Source: Heteronotia binoei
Lineage: Eukaryota
Assembly (NCBI RefSeq): GCF_032191835.1
Contig: NC_083237.1
Coordinates: 10,416,001 to 10,480,000, forward strand
DNA length: 64,000 nucleotides
Reading direction: 5' to 3'
The notes below the pieces were generated by a model that ran no database searches, was not told the DNA's origin, and saw only the letters and a program-made list of their open reading frames with translations. Of the stretch, positions 45,537 to 58,987 are shown piece by piece. The translations under genes and the position numbers were made by a program. Within the stretch, counting starts at the first letter, position 1; the number at the start of each line of letters is the position of its first letter.

Positions 45537-46514
45537 ATGCTAAATACATCAACAGTGACTGAATTTATCCTAGTAGGGATTCCTTTTTTCTACGACCTAC
45601 ACAGGATTTTCTTTTTCATAGGTTTATTCCTGTACATTGTAGCCATCCTAGGGAATGGATTCATCCTTGCCATTGTGGCTATCGAGCCAAGACTTCAGAC
45701 TCCCATGTACTTCTTCCTGAGCAACCTGGCTTTTTTGGAGATCTGCTACACCACGACCGTAGTACCCAAGCTGCTACAAACACTGATAGAAACACGGACC
45801 ACAATTTGTTTCCATTGCTGCATGGCCCAGAACTTATTCTACTTCACATTTGGAGGTACAGAGCTTTTAATCCTTACAGTGATGTCCTTCGACCGGTATA
45901 TGGCCATATGCAAACCACTCCAATACCCAATGATCATGACCAAGAATGTTTGCAAGCAGTTGTCCTTGGCCACTTGGTGCTCGTCATTCATACTCTTTTT
46001 CTTCCAGTGTCTCCCTATATGGAGAATGTCTTTCTGTGCTTCCAACGTTGTTGATCATTTCTTGTGCGACGCCGCTCCCCTGTTTAGCATCGCATGTACT
46101 GATACCTTCCTCAATGAGATTGTGGGATTGCTCTGTGCCATTTTACTGGTTATTTTGACCTTGATCTTCACCTTGGTGACATACATCTACATTATTTCTA
46201 CCATCGTGCACATTCCTTCAGCCAAGGGACGCAAAAAGGCTTTTTCCACCTGTTCGTCTCACCTGATCGTGATATCTATATTGTATGGGGCACTGATGGT
46301 CATGTACGTGAGGCCCACACTGCATTCCTCATCTCGCTTAACCAGGGTACTAGCGGTGCTGAACACAGCCGTGACCCCAGTGCTGAACCCTTTCATTTAC
46401 ACAATAAGGAATGCGGAAGTGAAGGCCGCTGTCAGAAATGCAATCTGTAAGAAGAGACAGTTGTCGAATGAAGAGTTCTTGGACGTGTCCAATAAAGTGG
46501 GCAAATACGAGTGA
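45537..46514 (+). CDS. Olfactory receptor OR-e (325 aa, intact; 2 aa differences from OR-d)
   Basis: Same motifs as OR-d; A4T and one V/I change. Confidence 0.95.
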   Translation: MLNTSTVTEFILVGIPFFYDLHRIFFFIGLFLYIVAILGNGFILAIVAIEPRLQTPMYFFLSNLAFLEICYTTTVVPKLLQTLIETRTTICFHCCMAQNLFYFTFGGTELLILTVMSFDRYMAICKPLQYPMIMTKNVCKQLSLATWCSSFILFFFQCLPIWRMSFCASNVVDHFLCDAAPLFSIACTDTFLNEIVGLLCAILLVILTLIFTLVTYIYIISTIVHIPSAKGRKKAFSTCSSHLIVISILYGALMVMYVRPTLHSSSRLTRVLAVLNTAVTPVLNPFIYTIRNAEVKAAVRNAICKKRQLSNEEFLDVSNKVGKYE

Positions 46515-47819
46515 TCTGAGAACTCTGAGATCGGCATACATGGAGATATAAACGATTCCTGATAAACAGCACAGTATGTGGAACCAATAATGCAGGAAGG
46601 TGGCACAGTAAGTGGAACCAGTTGGAACTTCTCATATTCTGCTGGAGGGTATAAGATTCTCCTGATGTCTGTATCTTCTTTGCAACTTGAATATTAAATT
46701 AGAAACTTCAGCACTGTTTCATTGTTATAAATATCAGCATGGACTATACCATGCATAGAGTAAACTATTGTTGTCAAGTGAAGAACCTCATAGGGGAGGG
46801 ATGGTGGCTCAGTGGTAGAGCATTTGCTTGGTAAGCAGAAGGTCCCAGGTTCAATCCCCGGCATTTCCAACTAAAAGGGTCCAGGCAAATAGGTGAGAAA
46901 AACCTCAGCCTTAGACCCTGGAGAGCCGCTGCCAGTTTGAGTAGACAATACTGACTTTGATGGACTAAGGGTCTGATTCAGTATAAGGCAGCTTCATATG
47001 TTCATATGTTCATTACTTCCTTGCTGGGTTGTTTGTAATTGGAAATTAGTAGCATGTTGTTAAGTTGTGTATCAGCATATTCAGTGTTGGTGGCTAAATA
47101 TGACACTGCTGTTGAAATATGCTCAAAAGCAATTGATTTCTTCAGGTCATTTATCGTTTGATATCAGCTCACTTTGGGTTGTGACTACTCATTTCTGGTC
47201 TGCAGCATTCTTAAGTCTGGCATATACTCAGAACATATGTGAAGCTGATGGGTTAAATGGTTCAGAGTCATTTAAACCTAACAACTGTCTGGTGGACCTG
47301 TTGGATTTAAATGGTTATGAGCATTAACCCCCACTTTGAAGTGCCGGGAAGTAAAGCCAGCTGGTCAAATGGCTGCCAGCCATTTAACCCTTCTTGAGCA
47401 TCCCCCCCTCTTTCTTCTGGCCCTGGCAAGCCACGACTGGCAGAAATGTGGAAGAGAAATCCCTTCCAAGGTGGTCCCTCCCCATGTCTCCCAGCAGTGA
47501 CTTGCTGTGCCTAGGAGTAAGGGGAAAACCAATTTGCCAGACGAGCACAGTTTAAGTGGGGTCTTTTGGGGTTGGTTCAGGGGCTGTTCTGAACCCTAAA
47601 GCAAATAAAACCATCTTTTTTGGGGGGTTGTGCCCACCCTAATATCTAGTGCTTAAAATTATGTATTCCTTTCTGCTTGACACAATCAAGATACATTATT
47701 AGTGAAAGGCCAGAAGCAGAAATGCTGGGAAAGAATATTTATGTGCTATTTGATGATGGGGATTTCTCTAAACAGCACCCCTGGAAACTGAGTGAATGAG
47801 ACAGATTTTATTGTTTTGG

Positions 47820-47874
<55 letters not shown>

Positions 47875-50800
47875 GATTTTTTATGTTTCTTATGATATGC
47901 TGGTAAAGATAATGTAGACAGGTAAAATGAAAAATCTAAACATGTTAAACAGTACATTTTAATGCATTGTTTTCTGAACACCTGCTGTTGGCATTGCTTC
48001 CTTTCAGGGGTTTTTTTTAGCAGGAACATACAAGAGCCTAGTTCCAGTTGGCTTGGCATCAGAGGGTGTGGCCTAATATGCAAATGAGTTCCTGCTGGGT
48101 TTCTTCTACAAAAAACCCCTGTGCAAAACAATGGTGTTGTCAGGGGTGTGACCTAATATTCAAATGAGTTCCTGCTGGGTTTATTCTACAAAAAAACCTG
48201 TGCAAAACAATGATGATGTCAGAGGGAGTGGCCTAATATTCAAATGAGTTCCTACTTGATTTCTTCTACAAAAAAACCCTGTGAAAAACAATGGTGGTTA
48301 GGAAGTATGGTCTAATATTCCAATGAGTTCCTGCTGAATTTCTTCTACAAAAAAACTGTGCAAAACAATGGTGATGTCAGGGGGTATAGCCTAACATGCA
48401 AATGAGTTCCTGCTGTGTTTCATATACAAAAAAAAACCCTGTGCAAAACAATGGTGATGTCAGGGGGTGTGTCCTAAAATGCAAATGAGTTCCTACTGGG
48501 CTTTTTCTACAAAAAAAGCCCTTCTTCCTGTGATGGTATGATTAAATTGGGATGCAACCGTATCTGTATAGTACCTCCCAAGAGAAGCAATGTACTGAAC
48601 TTGTAACAGTAAAATAAGATAATAATTTAAAAAGCACAAATAAACTTAGTGATTTTTCACATACATTCCTGGGGGCAGGAACTAAGTCTTCTGAATTATT
48701 CCACTTTCTGGGGAAACCGGACAAATCATATTATTCTATTTTGTAGATGTCCTGTATTTTAAACTCTGTGTGTGTGTGTGTGAAATGATTCTCACTATAT
48801 AATCTGTTTTGTGTTTGTATCCTTTCACTTAGAAGAAATACCCTAATTTGCAGCTAGGGAGTCATAATTTCCCTGACAATCCTCAGTGATCAATAAATTA
48901 CTTTGTAATTTTTTAATGTTTTGTGGGGCATGTGAAAAGATACCTAAAAACGTTCAAGGGATTTGGTGATTGTTGAAAAGATGTAGATAGTTGGAAGACT
49001 CTGAGGCATAGGAAAGGAATTCAAAATAGGCAAGATGAAGACTGAGAGCCCAAGCTAACTTTCCACTGGAATATGTCAATCACTATTCGCTTTCATGCTT
49101 ACTTCAATAATGCAGGAAGGTGGCATAGTATAGCCTGATCTCATCAGATCATGGAAACTAAGAGGGCTGGTAATTGATTGGGAGACCACTAAGGAAAACT
49201 CTGCAGATGAAGGCAATGAAAAACCATTTCTGTCTCTCACAGGCCTTGAAAGGGCCTCGTTGAGGTCACCATAAAATGATTGCAACTTGACGGCATCTGC
49301 ATACGTACGTATTCTCAGTGAAGTAGACACTGTGTACAAAAATCAGAACAAAGTCCAAATGTATGCATTAAACTCAGTTTTACTTAAGACTGGTATAAAG
49401 AATCAAGGAGTATTCCAAGTCTTCCTTTTTCCCCTGTGGGTTTCTGCTCACACACAGGTGCTAGTGGGTATAAACACTCTGGGCAATAACCCTATATCTG
49501 AATTTCTCCAAAAGAATCACTCATTTTCTTTGTCATCACCCACACGGAAACCTGTGTTGAGAGGTGTCAGAGCCCCATCTCCTTCACCTCATATGTTGCT
49601 CAACTAATAAATATTGGGGAGATGCACCAAGGAGGTGCTTCCTGAGAAAAGCAATTAACAGAATTTGTAGCAGTAAAATAAAGAGCAAAGAATGTAGCAG
49701 TTCTTCCCATACATTCTTGAGGGGTGCAGGGAGGAAATACTCGGGCAAAGTAGTCCAGAGAGCTTCTGAAGCAGAGGTGGATGGCCATCAGGGCAACAGT
49801 GACACTGCTTTGAACCTATGGCTATTCATTTCCATGAATATGCACACTTTATATGAGGTCCAAATCTTGGACCAAGTATTCCCCGGGCAGAAGGGCCCAA
49901 TGATAATTCCAGGTGCACATGTGTATCAGCTCTTGACATGTTGAAAGGGCACAGTCCTATAATAAGGCTACATACATATAGGCCAATTGGATAACAATTC
50001 CCCATTTTTTTTTCTATATGTGCAGTTCCTTTACATAAATTATTTATTTTTTGTGAGTTTGGACCACTCTTCCAGGAGACGATATTTGGTTGAACCCCCT
50101 GAAAAACAGGCAAGACTGCATGATCTGGAGATAGCAAGAGAGGGAGATATAGAAAGTAGTAGTAACACACACAAGTGTGACTAAACACAGTAATTTCATG
50201 TTGGTGTGCAGCTGACCGGTGGGGAAGCCCCACCTCCAAACAGCCCCCTCCCATGTTGACATAATTGGTGCAATTATGTCACCTGGAAGTGATGCCAGGC
50301 ACATTGTACACTAACACTCTAGCATTTTGGCCAACAGTTTTTGGTTACCATAGAGCTCTGGGTCAAAATGCTAGAGTGTCCACACACAACATGCCTGGCA
50401 TGATGATGTCACTTCCAGATGATCTCATCATGCCAGGTGCACAAAGCACATGTGCAAGAACATCCCAGAATAGACCTGGGAGCTCCCTGCTAGAAGTCGG
50501 TTTTGAAGCATACTTCGTGGTTTTGTAATTGTTCAGTTTTTATTTGATCTCTAGGATGAAAAATTTAAAATACACAAGGCAGACCTTCTGAAGCAAAATA
50601 ATTCTCCCTGCTACAACTAATCTCAGGTGTGCTTGATAAATCAGGCTCACGGGTTTATCAATCTGAATTAGCATGGAAGAAATTGACTTTTGGAAAGACA
50701 TTCCCGTGAGAAACTGCTAGCAAGTGAAGAGACTGGAGACTTACTGAGTCAAACCCACTTTTAATAGCATGGGTAATGTTAAAAGCTTGTGAGCACTTAA

Positions 50801-53800
50801 CAGTTTTACAGAGCAATCGAATGCTCAATTTACAATAATCCCTCAATTGACTTCATTTCTAAAAAGGATTTTGCTTTCTTCTCCATCTGGTTTACAAAAA
50901 ACGGACAGGGACAAATGAAGGCTGTTCTTAGCATTCAGTATAGATAGTCTCTAGCCAATGCTTCTTCAGATTGTGCTGAAAACAGGCTGAAGACAAGGTG
51001 AAGAGCACAGCATCATGAAAAAATCTGTACAATCCCAACATTGTGGTGGAATTATTTCATCATAATCTCATTGTGGAAATTTGTATCCATAGTGACTTAA
51101 TGAAGACTGCTTTTTAAAGTATCCCCACCTGCACCTTTTTCCTAACCCACTCTTCAGAATCATGGAGGATAATTTCTGGCTATTGGAATAAATAGGTAAT
51201 TATTCTCCTTTGATGATTGAAGTGTAATGATGAATTAAGAATGTGGGAGGAGGAAATGTTGTCACATACCATTTATAGGTAGTCAAGCTCTTTCATTCCA
51301 AAGTGAGTATTTGTTGATACTTAGAAAACACACAAAGAATAGAATAATGAAAAGTGTTTATTAGATCCACATAATGAAAGTTTTTTGTTTTAATATTGCA
51401 GTATTAAAAATTTTCATGGTGATATATCACAGTCTTTCCCCCTTTCTTGGCCTCTCACCATAGCTGCAGCAAGGCCTCTGTTTGGAAAGTGGCCTCCCAA
51501 GTTCATTGTCTCAGGAACAACATGAGATTAGAAAAATTGGCTCTTCAAATTCACTGGGCACTTGATATTATCCTAGCCTTGATGGAGAAGGGGGACATGT
51601 GCCTTAATTGACCAAGAATGTTGTGTTTTCATTAATGATTCATATTCTGAGACCTTTTATCAAGGCCAGTATGAAAGCAACACCCTCAGGGCACCAGGGT
51701 TCTTTCACTTGTGGGACTAGCCAATTAAAGTCACACAGTGAGACAAAATCCAGACAGCAAAAAGAGGCAACGAAAGTTTTATTCAAATAAGGAACAACAT
51801 ACAGCCCAAGGTTCAGTTCAGTTGTTCACTGAGATCCAGTTGTGTTCAAACTTTTATACTCTTCATCACTTCTTCATTTTCATTATTAATCTGTCATCAA
51901 CATGCATGCACTCATGCATTTTCTTCGTCTCTAACATTCATAAATATTATATTTGAAAAACAAGATGTTCCTGGCTTATTTTCCACTTTACTGTTCTTTT
52001 CATCCACAGGTGTGTTGTCAAGACTTCCTCATTAAAAATGAAATATAACATCTTTCTAGACACTCACCTTCCTGCTGCCTTCAGTTGGCTACTTTCTCAG
52101 ACTTTCCATCTTTCATGAACTTACAACCTTAAATTCGTATCACAAGCAAAACTTAACTTTATATTGTATAATCTTGCTTCTACATACACAAAGACATATT
52201 TAAACACTTGTTCATTAAGCATTCCTACAAATATATGAAAACAATTGATAATAATACCACATCAGCCATTTCTTAGAAAAATTGAACTTTTATATGGACT
52301 TTTCAGCTTCAAATATCATATGCTGAAAGAACTAACTTACCTCTCTTGAATACATGTTCTTGTTTATTCTCTAATTGATCAGGAGGCTTTTATCTGATTT
52401 TTCAAGATATTTATATTTTCTGCAAAAACTGTAAACAAAACACTTTTCTTCTTAACCACTTAAGGGTGCTCTTTGTATAGAAATCATTTCTGATGTTCTA
52501 ATTACTATTTTAATTAGCCTTCAAAATTTGATTTACTTTCACCTAGTTCAAAGTGTAGTGATACAGTACCACAAAATGGTTTTTAAATTTTAAATTGTAA
52601 TTATGTTTTATTGGGTTTTATTGGTTTTAACTTGTGAATATGAATGTTGTCAGCTGCCCTGAGTTCACTTGCGGAGAGGGCGAGATAGAAATTTAAAGTA
52701 ATAAATAAATAATAATAAATAAATAAAGGTTCTAGACAGGAATCAAAAATATCAAAACATCTGTTCTGCTAGAAGTGTCTTAGATGGCTATCTCTTGGCT
52801 CTGATCCCAGTCTAATTGGCTGAAAATATTTTCCAATAACAAGGTTTACCTTTGCTTGCTAAAAATAATAATGCTGATTGCAACAGGTGCTACTTAATTC
52901 CTTGCTACCAGCATAGAGTCTTGCAGATTAAATGATCAAACTGCTTAAACTTCATGCATTTCCTTAGCTAAATATAATAATCCGCGAACAATTCAATTTA
53001 ACACAGTATTAAACATTTAAAATCCTTGTGATAAACATACAGTAGAGGAAAGCTATTCCACATTTGAGTGCTAATAAATCATATTAACTAACAAAGCCTC
53101 ACCTGTTGTCTGCCTATTCAGAAACCCTTTAATTGAATTATAACTTTTTTAAATCCATAATGCTCAAAACTATTATTTTATGAACTTTCTCAGAATCTAA
53201 ACTATAAGCAACAGATTTCTTAACTAATATTAAAACATTATGGGCTATAAGTAGCATAGGGGAACTTTAAACTTTAATTCACCTTTTGAAACTGTGTTCT
53301 ATCTCAAATAAAGAAGGCATTTTGCCAAGTTAATTTTGTCTGTTCAGAAAATTAAATCACAAATTTCCCATTTTGAAGTATGCGTCAAGGCTAAAACTGA
53401 TAGCCATATTGGATTTCCAAGTCTTACCTGACTTCCAGCAGGGGGCTCCCAGGCATATTTTGGGATGTTCCTGTATGTGTTTTCTAAAATGATAGCGCAT
53501 CAAGGAAAACCATAGAGTTTTCCCGGAAACACCTAGAGTGGCTGGTGTGGGATGTTGCCATTGTGATGACATCACTTGCGGGTGACATCATTGTGCCAGT
53601 GACATTGGGGGAGGTTTCCCCTACCAGCCCAATATGGGCTGGTGTGTTGGGAATCTCCTGGGTCGGAAAACCCCTGCCCAGACCAGCGGCTTGGCAGCCC
53701 TATTCAGAAGTAGCAAGAGAGGGAGAAATAGAAAGTAGTAGTAACACAGACAAGAAGGGCTTTTTTTGTAGCAGGAACTCCTTTGCATATTACGCCACAC

Positions 53801-56800
53801 TCCCCTGATGTAGCCAGTCCTCCTGGAGCTTACAGTATGCCCTGTAAGAAGAGCCCTGTAAGCTCTTGGAGGATTGGCTACATCATGGGTGTGTGGCCTA
53901 ATATGCAAAGGAGTTCCAGATATAAAGTGTTTACACACAGTGTTTGCCTAAACATAACAATTTTATGTTGGTGTTCAGAAGTATATCAAGACACTGCAGG
54001 GCCAATAAATGTGATAACACTAGATTCCAAGAGCCAGCTGCTCAGAATGTTAACTGAGATTTTGCTTCAGAAGAAGAGAAATCATGAGACACACCAGGTT
54101 CCTTAGAGAAACTACAGGAACCTCAAATTGGCCCACTAAAAGCCCTGGAAATAGAGTTCAGAGGCAAACTTTCTCCTCCCTCCTGTCCTGTTCCCAGCAG
54201 CCACTTGTATTGACAGGTATATTCCCTCTGGAAAGGAGGTCTCATGCTAATAGCTATTGATCTTCCCTCCATGAATGAGTTGTCTACCATTAATTTGATT
54301 GCTGTCAATTCTAGTTCTGGAGTATTCCTAAAAGGTGTTTTGATTGCTCTTTCTATTTTCCATATGAATGCTACTAAGAAATCGTTAATTTCAAAACAAA
54401 GATTTTTTTTTTAAAAAAAAATACTAGTTGTAGGCATTTCCACATAGAAAAGCAATTCATGGTATTATTCTAATGTTTATAGGCAATGTTTATTCTGTAA
54501 CTTTTTAATGAGGTTTGTTACTTGGCATGGGTTTATTCTGTAACTCGCAGGGTGTCTATTCCGGGGAGAGGATGGGAATGTGATTGCAAGCTGCTTTAAA
54601 GAAGAAGATATTGGATTTATATCCTGTCCTCCACTTTGAAGAGTCTCAGAGAGGCTCACAATCTCCTTTACTTTCCACCCCCACAACAGACACCCTGTGA
54701 GGTGGGTGGGGCTAAGAGGGCTCTCACAGCAGCTGCCCTTTCAAGGACAACCTCTGCCAGAGTTATGGCTGACCCAAGCCATTCCAGCAGCTGCAAGGGG
54801 AGGAGTGGGGAATCAAACCTGGTTCTCCCAGATAAGAGTCCGCACACTTAACTACTACACCAAACTGGCCTCCAGTTTGAGACTCCTTTGGGTAGAGAAA
54901 AGAAGAGTATAAAACCCAGCTCTTCTTCTAACAGATGTACCGCTGGGCCCAGCCTGGTGACTGGCACCATGCAGAGGTTTCCCCCTCACCCAGGAAGAAG
55001 CTGCCAGCTGAAGGAAAATCTGAAGATGGGGACAGGTAAAGATAGGTTAGCTGGTGGGTGGTGAAGAGAAAAGGAAACAGGAATCTATGGGGCATGCCAG
55101 GACAAAAATAGAGGAAATAGTGGGGAAGGGGAAAATAAAAAGGTAAAGCTAGTCCTCTGTGCAAGCACCAGTGGTTTCTGACTCTGGGGTGACATTTTCA
55201 TGGCAGACTTTTCCTGGGTGGTTTGCCATTGGTTTACCCAGTCATGTACATTTTACCCCCAGGAAGCTGGGTACTCCTTTTACTGACCTCAGAAGGATGG
55301 AAGGCTGAGTCAACCTTGAGCTGGCTACCTGAACCCAGCTTCCACCGGGATCGAACTCAAGTCGTGAGCAAAATTTGGACTGCAGTACTGCAGCTTACCA
55401 CTCTGCACCTCGGGGTAATAAAATGCAGCTATTAAAAATGTCTGAATTTTTTTTAAAAAATAAATAAATAAATAGGCATTTCTATATAGAAAAGCAATCT
55501 ATTCTACTGTTCTCAAGTTTGTTTGCAAAGTTAGGTCGGTAACTTCTTAATTAATCTTGCTAATTAGCCTGGGTAAATGTTACCTTCTTCAAAGTTATTC
55601 CCATCTGAGAAAATTGCATCAGTCAAGATGCTTCTTTTTATGACTTGCACTCGACTGAAATTATACCAATGTCCTTCATGTTCAGAGAGTTGGGTACATA
55701 GCGTCACAATTCTCATCTGGAATATTTCAGGCAAATTGAGTGCTTCAACTATCAAAAGGGGAAAGTGCCTCGCTTTTTTCCCCAACACCAGCATTTCTAA
55801 AGGTGTTTCTCTTCCTCCGTTTCGGTGCTAAGAATGTTGAAGAACAAAGGCAGAATGTTTATAACAATTACATTTATGTAACTCGTTGGTCAATATTCAT
55901 TATTACTTCAGGTGACCTGAACAGAATCTCAGTGTGGAAATACAGTCCTTTGTAACAACCAGGGATTGCTTTGTAGAAAAATAGGTGGTGGAGCTCATCC
56001 TGGGATTGTTGTGCAGCTGCACCTATTATTCAATGGACAAGGTGGAGAGGAGGAGGGGGAGCCCTCAGAAAGGTTCAGGAGCTGTGCTCCTGTGAGCTCC
56101 TGTGGAATCCGAGGCCTGGTAACAACCCCTTTTACAGAAACACCAAATACCTTTTCCTACTGTTGGACCAATTAAGTAATAATCCTTTGACAGACAAGTT
56201 ATAATTGATAAAAAGGTAAAGGTAGTCCCCCCCTGTGCAAGCACCAGTCATTTTCGACTCTGGGGTGACGCTGCTTTCACAACGTTTTCACGGCAGGCTT
56301 TTTATGGGGTGGTTTGCCATTGCCTTTCCCAGCGATCTACCCTTTCCCTACAGTAAGCTGGGTACTCATTTCACCGACCTCGGAAGGATGGAAGGCTGAG
56401 TCGACCTGGAGCCGGCTACCTGAACCAGCTTCTGTTGGGATCGAATTCAGGTCATGAGCAGAGGGCTCCGACTGCAGTGCTGCAGCTTTACCACTCTGTG
56501 CCACGGGGCAGATTGATGCACCCATGGAATTTTGCTGGCTGCTAACAGCACCTTTCCTAAAGGATTTCATATTCTTCTCTGACAGCAATTGATGTGACTT
56601 ACCAATTATGGGATAGATGTATGAACATGGTTTTTAATCTGAATCTCTGAACTTGTCGTCCAACATTCTGACTGCTGTACCACACTGAACTTGGAGACCT
56701 AAAGAATATTGGTCCTGCAGTGTTCATTTCATACGAAGCTAGAACATTTTGTTTGTCTGCATTCTGAGCCATTCGAGAGGGACGACTGTCATTCTGCATC

Positions 56801-56810
56801 AATTGAAACG

Positions 56811-57788
56811 ATGCTAAATACATCAACAGTGACTGAATTTATCCTAGTAGGGATTCCTTTTTTCTACGACCTACACAGGATTTTCTTTTTCATAGGTTTA
56901 TTCCTGTACATTGTAGCCATCCTAGGGAATGGATTCATCCTTGCCATTGTGGCTATCGAGCCAAGACTTCAGACTCCCATGTATTTCTTCCTGAGCAACC
57001 TGGCTTTTTTGGAGATCTGCTACACCACGACTGTAGTACCCAAGCTGCTACAAACACTGATAGAAACACAGACCACAATTTGTTTCCATTGCTGCATGGC
57101 CCAGAGCTTATTCTACTTCACATTTGGAGGTACAGAGCTTTTAATCCTTACAGTGATGTCCTTTGACCGGTATATGGCCATATGCAAACCACTCCAATAC
57201 CCAATGATCATGACCAAGAATGTTTGCAAGCAGTTGTCCTTGGCCACTTGGTACTCATCATTCATACTCTTTTTCTTCCAGGGTCTCCCTATGTGGAGGA
57301 TGTCTTTCTGTTCTTCCAATGTTGTCGATCATTTCTTGTGCGACGCCGCTCCCCTGTTTAGCATCGCATGTACTGATACCTTCCTCAATGAGATTGTGGG
57401 ATTGCTCTGTGCCATTTTACTGGGTATTTTGACCTTGATATTCACCTTGGTGACATATGTCTACATTATTTCTACCATCGTGCACATTCCTTCAGCCAAG
57501 GGACGCAAAAAGGCTTTTTCTACCTGCTCATCTCACCTGATTGTGATATCTATATTGTATGGGGCACTGATAGCCATGTATGTCAGGCCCAACCTGCATT
57601 CCTCATCTCCCTTAACTAGGGTACTAGCGGTGCTGAACACAGCCGTGACCCCAGTGCTGAACCCTTTCATTTACACAATAAGGAATGCAGAAGTGAAGGC
57701 CGCTGTCAGAAATGCAATCTGTAAGCAGAGACGGTTGTCGAATGAAGAGGTCTTGGACGTGTCCAATAAAGTGGGCAAATACGAGTGA
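56811..57788 (+). CDS. Olfactory receptor OR-f (325 aa, intact; about 15 aa differences from OR-d/e)
   Basis: Same motifs as OR-d. Confidence 0.95.
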   Translation: MLNTSTVTEFILVGIPFFYDLHRIFFFIGLFLYIVAILGNGFILAIVAIEPRLQTPMYFFLSNLAFLEICYTTTVVPKLLQTLIETQTTICFHCCMAQSLFYFTFGGTELLILTVMSFDRYMAICKPLQYPMIMTKNVCKQLSLATWYSSFILFFFQGLPMWRMSFCSSNVVDHFLCDAAPLFSIACTDTFLNEIVGLLCAILLGILTLIFTLVTYVYIISTIVHIPSAKGRKKAFSTCSSHLIVISILYGALIAMYVRPNLHSSSPLTRVLAVLNTAVTPVLNPFIYTIRNAEVKAAVRNAICKQRRLSNEEVLDVSNKVGKYE

Positions 57789-58851
57789 TCTGAGAACTCT
57801 GAGATTGACATACATGGAGATATAAACAATTCCTGATAAACAGCACAGTAGGTGGAACCAATTGGAACTTCTCATATCCTGCTGGAGGGTATAAGATTCT
57901 CCTGATGTCTGTATCTTCTTTTCAGCTTGAATATTAAATTAGAAACTTCAGCACTGTTTCATTGTTATAAATATCAGTATGGACTATACCATGCATAGAG
58001 TGAACTATTGTTGTCAAGTGAAAAACCTCATAGGGGAGGGAAGGTGGCTCAGTGGTAGAGCATCTGCTTGGTAAGCAGAAGGTCCCAGGTTCAATCCCCG
58101 GCATCTCCAACTAAAAGGGTCCAGGCAAATAGGTGAGAAAAACCTCAGCCTGAGACCCTGGAGAGCCGCTGCCAGTTTGAGTTGACAATACTGACTTTGA
58201 TGGACCGAGGGTCTGATTCCATATAAGGCAGCTTCATATGTTCATTACTTCCTTGCTGGGTTATTTCTAATTGGAAATTAGTAGCATGTTGTTTAGTTTT
58301 GTATCAGCATATTCAGTGTTGGTAGCTAAATATGACACTGCTGTTGAAATATGCTCAAAAGCAATTGATTTCTTCAGGTCATTTATCGTTTGAGATCAGC
58401 TCACTTTGGGTTGTGACTACTCATTTCTGGTCTGCAGCATTCTTAAGTCTGGCATATACTCAGAACATATTGGACTGGCATTCAAAGGGGGGCGGGTGTA
58501 TGTGAAACTGATGGGTTAAATGGCTCAGAGTCATTTAAACCTAACAACTGTCTGGTGGACCTGTTGGATTTAAATGGTTATGAGCATTAAACTTCTTGGT
58601 TTCATCCCCCACTTTGAAGTGCAGGGAAGTAAAACCAACTGGTCAAATGGCTGCCTGCCATTTAACCTTCTTGAGCACCCCCCCCTCTTTCTTCTGGCCT
58701 TTGCAAGCCATGATTGGCAGAAATGTGGAAGAGAAATCCCTTCCAAGGTGGTCCCTCCCCATGTCTTCCAGCAGTGACTTGCTGCGGATGGGAGTAAGGG
58801 GAAAACCAATTTGCCAGACGGGCACAGTTTAAGTGGGGTCCTTTTGGGTTG

Positions 58852-58987
58852 AACATATATGAACATATGAAGCTGCCTTATACTGAATCAGACCCTCGGT
58901 CCATCAAAGTCAGTATTGTCTACTCAGACTGGCAGCGGCTCTCCAGGATCTCAGGCTGAGGTTTTTCACACCTATTTGCCTGGACTC
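58852..58987 (-). mobile_element. 5'-truncated tRNA-SINE specific to unit 3
   Basis: Absent at the paralogous sites 34750 and 47570. Confidence 0.8.

Noticed and set aside
56811-57788. Positive selection on OR-f versus OR-e
   Set aside because: By-eye count gives about 15 nonsynonymous versus about 17 synonymous differences, implying overall dN/dS well below 1; a site-model test would be needed for individual residues.
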